Of a DNA stretch of 64,000 nt, positions 51,888 to 64,000 are shown one piece after another (positions within the stretch are counted from its first letter, which is position 1; each line of letters begins with the position of its first letter). Under the pieces are notes generated by a model that searched no databases, was not told the DNA's origin, and saw only the letters and a list, made by a program, of their open reading frames with translations. The stretch is from Octopus vulgaris. Its lineage: Eukaryota. The stretch spans positions 62,062,001 through 62,126,000 of the forward strand of contig OX597832.1 of NCBI GenBank assembly GCA_951406725.2. Direction: 5' to 3'. The translations under genes and the position numbers were made by a program.

Positions 51888-54320
51888 CATAATTATATAT
51901 AAATATATATATATATATATATGTATATAATTATGTATATATATATATATAAATATATACATATAAATATTTTTATGATATATATATATATATACATATA
52001 AATATTTTGATTATATTTATGTATATAAATATATATATATATATATATAGATATAGATATCACATAGACATATGCATATGTGTTTATATATACATATACA
52101 TACATAGTCACACCCGTATATATAGATGGATTTATATTACATATATTAATTCTATACACAGACACAGACGCACAGACACACACACAGTCACATATATATA
52201 TATATATTATATATATGTTAGATATATTAATGAGAACTCTTAACAATAGAGATTGGCTTCAGGGAATAAAAACCCAGCTAACAAAATAGGATTGTCAATT
52301 TATTACACATTCCATTGGTTAATAACAACAACAACAACAGTAACAACTTGAGCCATAATAACAATAACTTAATAGTTTTCTTATCTGCCGCAATGGCATA
52401 ATCCTGGAATAACAAAACATTCCATGCAATATTGATTAACGGGCTTATTGGTTTATAGCTACGTGAAAAATTATGGATAAGAGATTGTCTATATATGTTC
52501 TGTGGAACAACGGAAAGGAACAATTTAAAAGTCATATGTACGGTGACTAAAAGATTAATTAAGGTTACCTCACGACGTTTCGGAGAATTGTCAGACACGA
52601 CCTAACTCGAAAAAAGCTAGGATTAAAAAAAATATCCGTAAATATTTTTTGTTGTCCATTAGTTGGTGAATAGTGGATGGAAATTGGAGGCTCTGGGGGT
52701 ATTGTTAAACCGTTGATGCAGTCTTCAACACTATCGTTATTCGCCAGATAGCAACATCGTTAACATGCCGGACGAAATGTTCAGCGACATTTATTCTGGA
52801 TTTACCTTCTGAAATTAAATTCCGATGCAGTCGAATATGACCTTCATACTTTCGAGAGTCGAGAAAATAAGTACTAGTTAAGCAATGGAGTCGATAAAAT
52901 AAGGACTAGCTGAATAGCTGAGTAAGGTGTCGATGTAATTGACTACTTGTTCCCTCAAAATCCCAGGCCTTGAGGCTACATTACAAAGAATTTTCCTTCA
53001 AATAAATGAAGTAATTAGTAGGTAATTTTCGCCAAATTGTTGGTTCAAAGAACTTAGAATAGTATAACATCTCGTTTCTCTAGTTTCAGCAGCATCGGTG
53101 GAAGAGTGTGATAGTCTTTACAAGTTCGTAGGTTTGAAGATTGCGAATGGTGTAGGAAGAGTTGAAATATGTGCGCTTATTTGAAGAAATATGAAGGAGA
53201 AGTTCCTGGTGATTTTAAAATTTAGGATTTGTGCGAATTACACAGTGAGCAAATGTTCTTGGAGGAGAAGCCATAGAAACTGGAAGTCATGATTGCTGAA
53301 ATCTATCGTTTATGATGATGGAATCTACGTGTGCACAACTACCAAACCTTGAAATGAATTTGAGCAGAGTGTGTGTGCTGGTTAGCTGAGAAGGGCCGAG
53401 AAATCTGTGCCTCACAGGAAAATAGGACATGCAACTTGCGTATAAGTAAGAGGCGACATTTGAGATCTAGACTGAAGGGAAGCCCTCATTTGTTTGAGAA
53501 CATGGAAGAGAATTGTCCAGGCAGGTTTCATCTATTGATAGAGGCAATGGCGTATATAAGCAGCAAGCGTAGATATTTAAGCAGGCGCGTTGATTGGCGG
53601 AGGAAAACTCCGCGAATTCAGACAACAGAGCAAGCTGTGCGAGACATACCTATGGTTCACATAGTGATATTCCCCTGCGTGGTGTATAACCTTAGCAGTA
53701 AAACATTGACGGTATGACATTTGATCTCCGGCACGACACGCTCTACAATATCTATAGCAGGCAGCAGATAGACCGTCAGGGATACACTTGTAGACATGGA
53801 CGACGATATAACTTGAGATTTAATAACGCTTAATATGATAAAGCATAACTGCATAACATTGCAGTATAGCATACACATAACAGTTTAATACAATATAATA
53901 GATATATAATATAATGAAAATATATCATATACATATGATATAAAATGAAAATATATAGTATTACAAAATATAATATAATACAATATAAAACAATAATAAA
54001 AAAAGATAATAAAAAGTAGCAGTATAAAATGTATCTACGGCTGCACTTACTTTGGCCCGAACACAGGATCACATGATCTCCTACGAAACCACTTACTAAA
54101 CGAATGAAGCTCAGTAATGTGTGATGTACGCATGTATGTATATGTAGTGTATATGAAAAGACACGCACACACGCATACACAAATGCACACACATGTGTAT
54201 ATATATAGCACAATGTATGTACACATATACGAATATATAACTATACATGTAGTGCTTATATGTATGTATGGATGTATGTGTGTATGTATGTATGTATGTA
54301 TGTATATATATATATATGTG

Positions 54321-54351
<31 letters not shown>

Positions 54352-54374
54352 GTGTGTATATATATATACGCACG

Positions 54375-54434
<60 letters not shown>

Positions 54435-54840
54435 AAATGAGAAAATGGAGAATATATATTTATATAGATATAGATATAGATATGTATATATAGTCCAGTG
54501 GATACATAAATATATCTAATCAACTGAATGGCCAACGCCCCGTTGTAACTATGTTGTGCGCTTGTGATATTATATATATTTATATATGTATATGGATGTA
54601 TGTATGCATATCCATCTGATTAGGTATGTATTTAGATATCTACATACACATGAAAATTATATTCGTGATTTTCATGACTAAGATTTACACAAATACACAC
54701 ACAGTCACTTACAAATATATATATATATATCGTATACATCTATATACATACACACATATATACACATACGCATATGTACGTATTTATTGATATGTATAAA
54801 ATATACAAAATGAGGTGTGTCCACATAAACATATACATAT

Positions 54841-54921
<81 letters not shown>

Positions 54922-55989
54922 CGTATATGCATGGATATATACGTAGATATAAAATAAGTACTTGTAAATTACGGGCTGAGTAAAACCTCTTTGATTGACA
55001 GGTTCACAGACATCATTATACGGTCAATGTATATTTGACGTATTCATCAAGATAATAACCGTTATTTTCCTTACCTAGCCTTGTCGAGCAGTTTTTTTTT
55101 AATTATTATTTTTCCTTTCCGTTATCGGTGTCCATTCAGTGAGCAACAAATTTCACAGCCTCACTTACACGAAACACACACTATCGCATTTATCACCCAT
55201 ATTTATGGCCTAACATTATTAACATTTTTTTGTTCATTTTTTATTTTCTGTTTAATATACGATTCCTGCGGTGCTAAATTATGCTTGATTTTCTCTTTTT
55301 TTTTTTTCCTCGCTTTTTTTTTTAAGTTTCTGTTTCATGTTTCTTGTTTCGATTTTTTTTCATTCACTGATTTTTTTTTTTTTTTTTGCATTTAGGTCAC
55401 GAGGTGTTCTTCAGTATTGCTCTTGCTTTTATGGCCGTCATTTTCAAGCAACTTTGTTGCATATTATATGGGATGGCGACTGGCCATTACAAAATTGATA
55501 GACATAGTCGTAAATGCAAATATGGAAACTGTCACACAATCACAAGTTTCCATGCATATATGTGTGTGTGTGTGTGTGTGTATGGATGTGTATATATATA
55601 TGTACGCATAGCTATAAGCGTATTAGTATAGTTACATGATTTTACTTACAGGGTGTGCTTATATACAATCACACATAGCAGCTAAGAGACACAGGTGTGT
55701 TTATATCATATATAATATATGCAAATAAACTCAAGCAGGCTCCTGGACAATGGCATACACATACATTTGTGCATGCGTGTGTTTGTAGGTCTGCACATAT
55801 GTAGGTGTATACCTGTGCGAATATGGATATATAATTATATATAGATATGTGTGTGTGCGTATGAGTGTATATATGTGAGTTATATTTTCGTGAGGACTTG
55901 CATTTTATTACTGTGATTACATTGTGGATTCCCCATTCTTCCATACCGTCCCCACCACATCAGTCGCTAATTTTTCTACTAATTTTTTA

Positions 55990-55995
55990 TTATTG

Positions 55996-56063
<68 letters not shown>

Positions 56064-56074
56064 ATTATTATTTC

Positions 56075-56167
<93 letters not shown>

Positions 56168-56243
56168 CTTTATTATTTTATTATTATTATTATCATTATT
56201 ATTATTATTATTATTATCATTATTATTAGTATTATTATTATTA

Positions 56244-56325
<82 letters not shown>

Positions 56326-56351
56326 CATTATTATTAGTATTATTATTATTA

Positions 56352-56400
<49 letters not shown>

Positions 56401-56450
56401 CATTATTATTATTATTGTTGTTGTTGTTATTATTGTTGTTGTTGTTATTA
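55990..56450. repeat. (ATT)n microsatellite
   Basis: Direct reading. Confidence 0.95.
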
Positions 56451-56451
56451 T

Positions 56452-56818
56452 AGGTGAGCTGGCAGAACTGTTAGCATCCAAGGCGAAATGCTTAATGGCA
56501 TTTCGTCTGCCATGACGTTCTGAGTTCAAATTCCGCCGACGTCGACTTTGCCTTTCATTCTTTCAGGGTCGATCAAATAAGTACTTGTTACGCACTGGGG
56601 TCGATATAATCGACTTAATCCATTTGTCTATCCTTGTTTGTCCTCCCTGTATTTAGCCCCTTGTGGGTAGTAAAGAAATAGGCATTTCGTCTGTCTTTAC
56701 GTTCTGAGTTCAAATAACGCCTAGGTCGACTTTACCTTTCATTTTTTCGAGGTCGATAAAATATGTACCAGATGAATACTGGAGTCGATGTACTGCCTTT
56801 GTGGCAATATTTGAAACC
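56452..56818 (+). mobile_element. SINE family A dimer
   Basis: Head at 56452, junction AAGAAATA|GGCATTTC at 56680/56681. Confidence 0.9.
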
Positions 56819-56842
56819 ATTATTATTATTATTATTATTATT

Positions 56843-57379
56843 GAGTGACAGAGCATTGTATGCCATCAATGTGTGGTAAAATATACGAAGCCCAGTATAG
56901 CCATCATGACTACCCGTCTGATAAGTGTACTCCAAGCGCATGCATTACAACCATATGTGCGCGACATGGTGTTCTCATATCAAGATTGACAGCGCATGAC
57001 CTTGCAAGTGAGACCCGGTTAGAATTTTCTTCAAGTCGAGTAGCCTGTCCTCATTAAATGATCTTTGAATAAGGGTTGTTTCAGTATGTTGAACGAAACA
57101 CCTTTGCTTCGAAAGGTGAATTATCCAAACTCCAAAGAATTCCTTTCAACACGTGGCTATGATGCTTCCCCGCTACGTCTGTTGTTGATCAGAGATGCAC
57201 ATAACTATCGGTTAGCTCAACTGGCTAAAGTCAAACAACTGAAAGCAAATCCGTGGTGTTGAACAGAATATTTGTTGTAGTCTATCTTTTTTACCAAGAC
57301 AAAACAATGTACATAATAATATTTCTCATCAGTAAAGATCAGGAGCCATAAGAGCCACTGACTGGTACTGCATCAGAGC

Positions 57380-57383
<4 letters not shown>
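56843..57383 (-). mobile_element. Family B full-length diverged copy in (TAA)n
   Basis: Both termini present (GAGTGACAGAGC.. and ..CATCAGAGCATTT on +). Confidence 0.9.
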
Positions 57384-57449
<66 letters not shown>

Positions 57450-57756
57450 ACATACATAGATGGCGATCTGGCAGAATTATTAGCACGCCGTACGAAATGT
57501 TTAGCGGCATGAAGCCTGCATTTGTGTTCTGAGTTCAAATTCTATCCAGGTCAACTTTGTCTTTCTATCTTCTAGTGGTCAATAAAATAAGTAACACTCT
57601 AGCACTGGCGTCTTTGCGTTCGTGTTACCCCTTCCACGGAAATTCTTAGTTTTGTCACAAAATTTGGAAAAAAATTCTTATTACTCTTGTCATCATTATC
57701 ATAATCATCATCATTTTCCTCATGTTCATCATTATTATCATTATTATAAGTATTTC

Positions 57757-57837
<81 letters not shown>

Positions 57838-57918
57838 CCTTAACTTTATTTTTATTAATTATCTTTTATGTATTATTATTATTATCATTATCATTATTTC
57901 TATTAATTATCTTTAATA

Positions 57919-57960
<42 letters not shown>

Positions 57961-59160
57961 CATCATCATCATCATCACCATCATCGACACTTGTTTTTCT
58001 ACATTCCAAACTCCTCGGTTGTCAGGTGACTAACACTGATAATTTACGAATCAAAAGTTTCCGATAAACACTTTCAAAGAACTTTTCCTACCTGAGAAAT
58101 GACACCGTCATATTATAATTTATTGAAAATATATGTAGATTAATACATAATATATCATTTCTAAACTACAACAAACTTTAAGTTGGTCAGCTCTATGGAA
58201 ATGCTTTAAGAAGATGCTGAAAGCCACAAATGCATAATCATAAGCTATATCCGCCTAACGTTAAAAGCTCATATGAATAAATAGGTGTATAAATATATAT
58301 TTAAAACACATACACAAACACACACACACACACACGTACATATTTACATTCATATATATGCTATATAAACAGATATATGTGTATGTAGATGTATGAGTGT
58401 GTGCCGTTCTGTGCATATATATTTATATATATATATATTGACCGTTTACTTAAAAATTTTGTGGCGAAAAAATTTGATTGTTAAGTGAGAGTACTACTGG
58501 CAGTGGTTTCGAAGTTTCGGCTGGCTAAGCCACCGTCAAACTGCAATGGCTTGCAGTTAATTTTACATAGTTTCTGTTGTGTTAAAAATGATGATGTATA
58601 TTTAAGTGGAGTGTTAAACAGATTGAAGAGTGGGTTGTTATGAAGAGGTGTTTTAGACAGATTTTTATTGAGCTAATTTGGGGTTGTGCTATTGTTTAAA
58701 ATTTATTTATGTATGTAGAACTTAGTAAGCAGGTCTGTATATTTAGGCATTTCCTCATCAGGTCAAGGGGTTGCTTTTTATTGGTTAACAAAATGAATGT
58801 CGATAGGAATAGGAAAGGCCGGTTGTTTTAATTATATTTGGTTTCATCGGATTCAATCTTTTCCTTTGTAATGGAAAGATCAAAGGTTCGAACTCTAGTC
58901 AAGTATTTAAAAGCTTAGTAATTCTCTGTAGGCAACATTTTCGAAAACGTTTTTAGTTGTTTTGCATTTTACAACCAGTATTACCTAATTTGATTGGGCT
59001 GGGTTCAGTAATTGTCTCCCAGACTTTTTCAGCCCCAAATGTCTTCGTTAAACAGGAATTTCCTTTTTTACCAGAAGTATATCAATTATACAGGAAATAC
59101 TGAAATGATGAACTAATACAAACAACAAAAATAACAAACACTTTACTGTTTAACAAATAT

Positions 59161-59530
59161 CGTGGCACTCCTTCATTTACGACGAGGAGTGTTCCAGTTG
59201 ATCCAATCAACGGAACAGCCTGCTCGTGAAATTAACGTGCAAGTGGCTGGGCGTTCCACAGGCATGTGTACCCTTAACCTAGTTCTCGGGGAGATTCAGC
59301 GTGACACAGAGTGTGATAAGGCTGGCCCTTTGAAATACTGGTAAAACAGAAATGGGAAGAAAGTTGTGGCGAAAGAATACAGCAGGGTTCAACACCGCCC
59401 CCTGCCAGAAGCTCGTGGAGCTTTAGGTGTTTTCGCTCAATAAACACTCACAACGCGCAGCTTGGGGATCGAAATCGCGACCCTATAACAGCGCGTTCGC
59501 CGCCCTAACCACTGGGCCATTGCGGCTCCA
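59161..59530 (-). mobile_element. SINE family D
   Basis: Colinear with 15452-15817. Confidence 0.85.
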
Positions 59531-59947
59531 AGTTTAACAAATATATTACACAGATTAGAGAAAATGCGTAATTACACATCTTAGCATAAAAACTAGAGTT
59601 TCGGCTATTCATGAAATGAATTTTTCCCTTGCTGTTTTGCTTGAATAACTTGCATCGTGACAGTCAATTTGCAGAGACCAGCAGTCATCAGACAGCCATC
59701 ATGTTTGTGTTCCACCTACCTTGGTACCTAGTCTATATGGTTTCGCTGTCTTGGTGGAATCTTTCTCCTTGCTCATCATTTATTGTACAATGATTTTCAG
59801 GGAATTAGTGCAGATGACTGTGCAGAAAATGCACGTTCACATTCATGTTGCAACCCAGTGCTCCAAAAGCCTGCTTAATAGGGTCTTCAGAACATTATTT
59901 ACATTATTTACATTTGACGGATATTTGTTCTCATCTTGTTTGGCGTT

Positions 59948-59993
59948 AACACAACGTTTCGGCTGATATACCCTCCAGCCTTCATAAGGTGTC
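59948..59993 (-). ncRNA. Minimal type-I hammerhead motif (G5 mutated in this copy) plus extra A
   Basis: GACAC-CTTATGA-A-GGCTG-GAGGGTATAT-CAGCC-GAAA-CG-TT-GTGTT: 5-bp stem I, 5-bp stem II, palindromic ACGU stem III. Confidence 0.7.
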
Positions 59994-60115
59994 TTGGGGA
60001 AATTTCGAACCCGAGTTCTTATTCCTAAGGTATTTTCGATGTTGTTATTATTATTATTATTATTATTGTTATTATTATTATTTTTTTATTATTATCATTA
60101 TCATTATTATTATTC

Positions 60116-60187
60116 AGGTCACTGCTTGGAATCGAACTCCGAATATTGGGGTTAGTAGCCCGCGCTCTTAACCACTACGCCATATCC
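60116..60187 (-). promoter_or_regulatory. tRNA-like Pol III type-2 promoter head
   Basis: A box TGGCGTAGTGG (60172-60182), anticodon-like arm GGG-CTACTAA-CCC, B box GTTCGATTCC (60128-60137). No proper acceptor stem, so not a tRNA gene. Confidence 0.75.
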
Positions 60188-60689
60188 GTCAAATGTAAAT
60201 GATGTAAATAATGTACATAATTCCTCTTCTCTTAAATATAGAACTGTATTATCTGATATACAGAGTCTTCAGAAGGTCTTCATAATTTTATGACTTCTTG
60301 TTTCTCATGAAATCAGCCACAACTGTGGCAAAAGCATCCTATGTCCCCCACCACCATCCAAACGCTAAACACTGTCTCCAAAAACGACTCGTCCTGCAAT
60401 AGTCATCTCATCTGTACAAAGCGTATATTCATGCCACTTGTCACCAAAGGAAATCAGTTTCAGAATTGTCAACATTTATGAAGTAAACAAATGCAGATTT
60501 GTGATGGCGTTGCTCATTAAAGAGCATACATACCGTAAAGTTTTTTCAACAGTTCTTTGACCATGTTAGACAAAAAATTTAGCTTGGACAATATGATCTT
60601 ACAATTAAGACATGAAGGGCGTGTGTTCACTTTAAAGAAAGCAGAGTGTGGGCATATCTGCAGATAAATTCCACAAATATGTGACAAGT

Positions 60690-60976
60690 GTTATGTGAAG
60701 GACCACAGAAATGTGCTGTTTACTAATATAATGGAATTTAAAGAACGGCAGAAACTGATTAGATTTGGGATCGATGCAGTACCGGACAAGGATTATGGAT
60801 TATTTTTCCTGTTTGTTTTACTTAATTTTTTAGAGAGGTCGGGTTCATTTTTAGTATTCTTGTTTGAGAGAACACTCGAGTTAAGATATTCTCATTTTAA
60901 AAATCATCTCCAGCTAATCGTTGAAAGGACGTCTGTGCTGCCTTGGTGGAGGTTTGCACTCTCCGGGTGCTCTTGA
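60690..60976. mobile_element. Possible Helentron/DINE-like non-autonomous element fragment
   Basis: End motif GCCTTGGTGGAGGTTTGCACTCTCCGGGTGCTCTTG resembles such termini; from recall only. Confidence 0.35.
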
Positions 60977-62199
60977 ATTATTTAAATCATTGCTGTTTCA
61001 TTAACTTTCATACATTTTTGCTTGTTTAGGACTTTCTACAAAATCAATTAAATCTGTCTTACTCTAAAGACAACCTGGTTTCATCTTTGATAGACTTTAC
61101 TGATATTTAACATCGTTGATTATATTAACGAAGGATATTCCTACACTTTATCATTCTGTATCGTTCTGTATCTTATGAAGATGAGGTAACTGTAACTGAA
61201 TATGTGTGCAATATAGTTGTCTATTTGATCTGGCTTCTGCTGTTTTTAGTGTTTATGGTCGTAGAAATACAAACATGGTTACGCGATAAATTATTTAACA
61301 ATAGCATTATTATTAATAATACATGTATATTCTTCTGTACTTCTTTGAGCGCTGAACTGGTCATTATTGTGTTGGGGGTTATACCTTATCTAGGAAACGC
61401 AATTGTTATCAATGCCTATCATGCGGTTTAAAACATTTGGCTTCGAGCCAAAGAAATTTAATGAGAGGTGTTCAAAAATCTATATCTCAAGGCCAGTTTA
61501 ACTACAAGTAATCAACCAAAGCGCCTGTATGTGGTCGTCCGAGATGGGACGAATAGCAGTTATAAGTCTCAATATGTGTTGCAATTGGCTTCTGTTCGAT
61601 GCTCGTTAACGGTGCTGAATGCTCCGTCTCTTCATCATCATCATCATCATCATCATCGAGTTTGCTGTCGTCGTCGTCGTGATCGTCCTCACCATGATAA
61701 ACTCGTCCTTAGCTTCGTCGTCTTCATCGTCAACATCACCGTGGTTGTTGTCGACATCGTCGTCGTCGTCGTCGTCATCATCCTTATCATCATCAAAACC
61801 ACCACCACCATCATCATCACAGACACTCTGCTCGCATTCAACCATGTCTGTCTATATGCAAAATTGCGAGTCCTATCAGAAATGAATAATCGATCTGCTC
61901 TGCTGATCTCCGTCCTCAATTGCTTGTGATCCAGCTGTGTTTTCCGGTAACCAAACAACTGTTGCATTGTGGGAGAATTGACTGCTATTTATATCAAGTC
62001 TAGCAATGGATGTGTTGCGCTTCACTTAGACCCGCGATATGCTTTTAATAAGCATCCGTACTGTCGTCTCTTTCCATGTGATACGTTTATTGTATTATTT
62101 ATAAAACTTTGTTTATCTTCCATAAACATAAACGCACACGGACCTCACGTCCCCAACCACACCCACTGCCTCCCTGCCCTCCCTACACACATAATCATT

Positions 62200-63020
62200 G
62201 ACCCCACACACACACACACAGGTACACACGTCTGCTTACATGGACACAATCAGTGACACACACACTTATTTGTCCATACATAAACCTATGCTTCTCCTCT
62301 GTCCACACACACTTGTCTGCTCACTATGACACACAACCAGTGACACACAAACATACACATACACAGACACACTTGTCTGTCCATACACAAACTCATGCTT
62401 CTCCGTCCACACACACACACATACAAACACAAACACAAACATATGCCTGTCTGTCAAAACAAACAAACACACACAGACATACACACACATGCTTGACTCT
62501 CCACACACATACCTACACACCTCAATGTCTGTTCATGAACACAGACACACTCACACACAGATACACATATGCTTTTCTGTCTACACAACACACACATAGA
62601 CACAATAGACACACACACATACAGACACACACAACACACGCACATGCTTGTCTCTCCACGCACATACTCACCTATACCTCAGTGTCAGTTCAGTCGACAA
62701 ACACACACACACACACACACATACACACACACATAGACGCAGATACTTCTCCTTCCACACATACTAACACACACGTGCACACACTTACTTGTCTGTCCAC
62801 ACAAACACACACGCACACACATACACACACATGCTTGGCTCACCACACACATACTCACGCACGCACCCCAACGACTATTCACAAGCACAGGACACGCACA
62901 TGCATGTCTTTCCACACAAGCACACACATACACTTCTCCTTCCACTCATACTAACACGCACACACACACACACACACACATACTCTCGTCTCTCCACACA
63001 TACAGTCACACACATAATGA
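62200..63020. repeat. Degenerate (CA)n-rich minisatellite with recurring TGCTTGTCTGTCCAC motif
   Basis: Direct reading. Confidence 0.85.
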
Positions 63021-63170
63021 TGGCTACGTCTTTGTCAGATGATTCCTGCCTCGTTGTACAGTCAACATCCATTCTCTTTCATTTACTGATGAAGTCCGAG
63101 GTGACACGAAATACGAGGTCTGAGATGACACGAAATTCGAACTGACAATTAACATATTCTGCATATATGC

Positions 63171-63205
<35 letters not shown>

Positions 63206-63965
63206 CACACACTCATACCTAGATACAGTCATAAAACTAAAGATAAAACTCAACTTACTAATGTGACATATCAATATCATTGGATACGATCAGATACACT
63301 ACACACTAAATACTCTTGGATAAATATCGGATATATATCCAGTAAAAAGCAAGAAGACAACTAAAATATATTTCAGCCTTAATCTTGATATCAGTGGAGA
63401 ATCGCAGAGTTTTCGATGTAAACGATACGCCCAAATCAACATATTTTTCTGATAGGCCTTACAAAAAGTCAAAATGCCAACAGGATGCACCTAAGCCCCA
63501 TCGCCACACAGTTCATACACACACACACACGCACACACACACGCACACACACTGACACACACACACACGCACACATACTTATATATATATGTATATATAT
63601 ATACATAGTAGTACGTACGTACTTACATATCCGCCGTACATATATGAAATCGCATAGGGGAGATTGCTAGATACGTTCCCACCCATACAAGCGTATATAC
63701 ATACACGTATACATACATATATACATACACACATACAAACATACGTACATACATACATACATACATACATACATACACGCATGCATGTATACATATATGC
63801 ATACATACATACATACATACATACATACTTACATACACATACATGTCTGCCTTCTAAGTTGAAATCCTGCCGACCTCAAGTATTGGGTTTGATTCCTACT
63901 TTTACCAAACTTCCCTCTCTTTACTTCCTCTCCATGATTCTATACTCTCTGTCTCTGTCTCTGTC

Positions 63966-64000
<35 letters not shown>

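Larger units (their letters stand above)
59893..60261 (-). mobile_element. 369-bp insertion: tRNA-like head, (TAA)n, hammerhead-like motif, 33-bp inverted repeats, 13-bp TSD
   Basis: TSD AG(G/A)GTCTTCAGAA at 59880-59892 and 60262-60274; inverted repeats 59892-59924 and 60182-60214 (1 mismatch). Confidence 0.85.
59660..60440 (-). pseudogene. Chapaev3-like (CMC superfamily) transposase C-terminal remnant, interrupted by an insertion at 59893-60261
   Basis: Minus translation DAFATVVADFMRNKKS*NYEDLLKTL | insertion | ..AFGALGCNMNVNVHFLHSHLH*FPEN..DEQGERFHQD..RYQGRWN. The family name is from recall of this motif. Confidence 0.75.

Noticed and set aside
53000-53720. Non-repetitive stretch that might be a retroelement N-terminal remnant
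   Set aside because: No diagnostic motif could be read.
60116-60187. tRNA gene (also the SINE heads elsewhere)
   Set aside because: No paired acceptor stem, and it is embedded in a mobile insertion.
61480-61970. Asp-rich minus-strand frames as a possible exon
   Set aside because: The acidic segments lie in different frames and derive from GAT/GAC repeats.

Overview
AT-rich, microsatellite-saturated animal DNA, intergenic or intronic. The repeat content suggests a coleoid cephalopod such as Octopus (inference only). I cannot support any intact host protein-coding gene, and nearly all track ORFs are translated simple repeats. The window is a mosaic of tRNA-derived SINEs, decayed LINEs (CR1-like, RTE, R4/Dong-like RLE), a decayed Penelope-like element (PLE), mariner and Chapaev3-like DNA transposon remnants, MITEs and a non-autonomous Helitron. 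The most notable signal is a set of unrelated short elements carrying minimal type-I hammerhead-ribozyme-like motifs with non-canonical cores. Four of the five motif families have one extra base between core position 9 and stem II, and several sit in inverted-repeat structures. One lies in the 3' terminal repeat of a recognisable PLE. Two are ~370-bp units bounded by 13-bp target-site duplications, and one of those couples a tRNA-like Pol III head to the hammerhead. Also notable are a 558-bp (TAA)n-targeted non-coding element without a Pol III head and SINE multimers with one invariant junction. Alignments and translations were done by eye, so ends of decayed elements are approximate.
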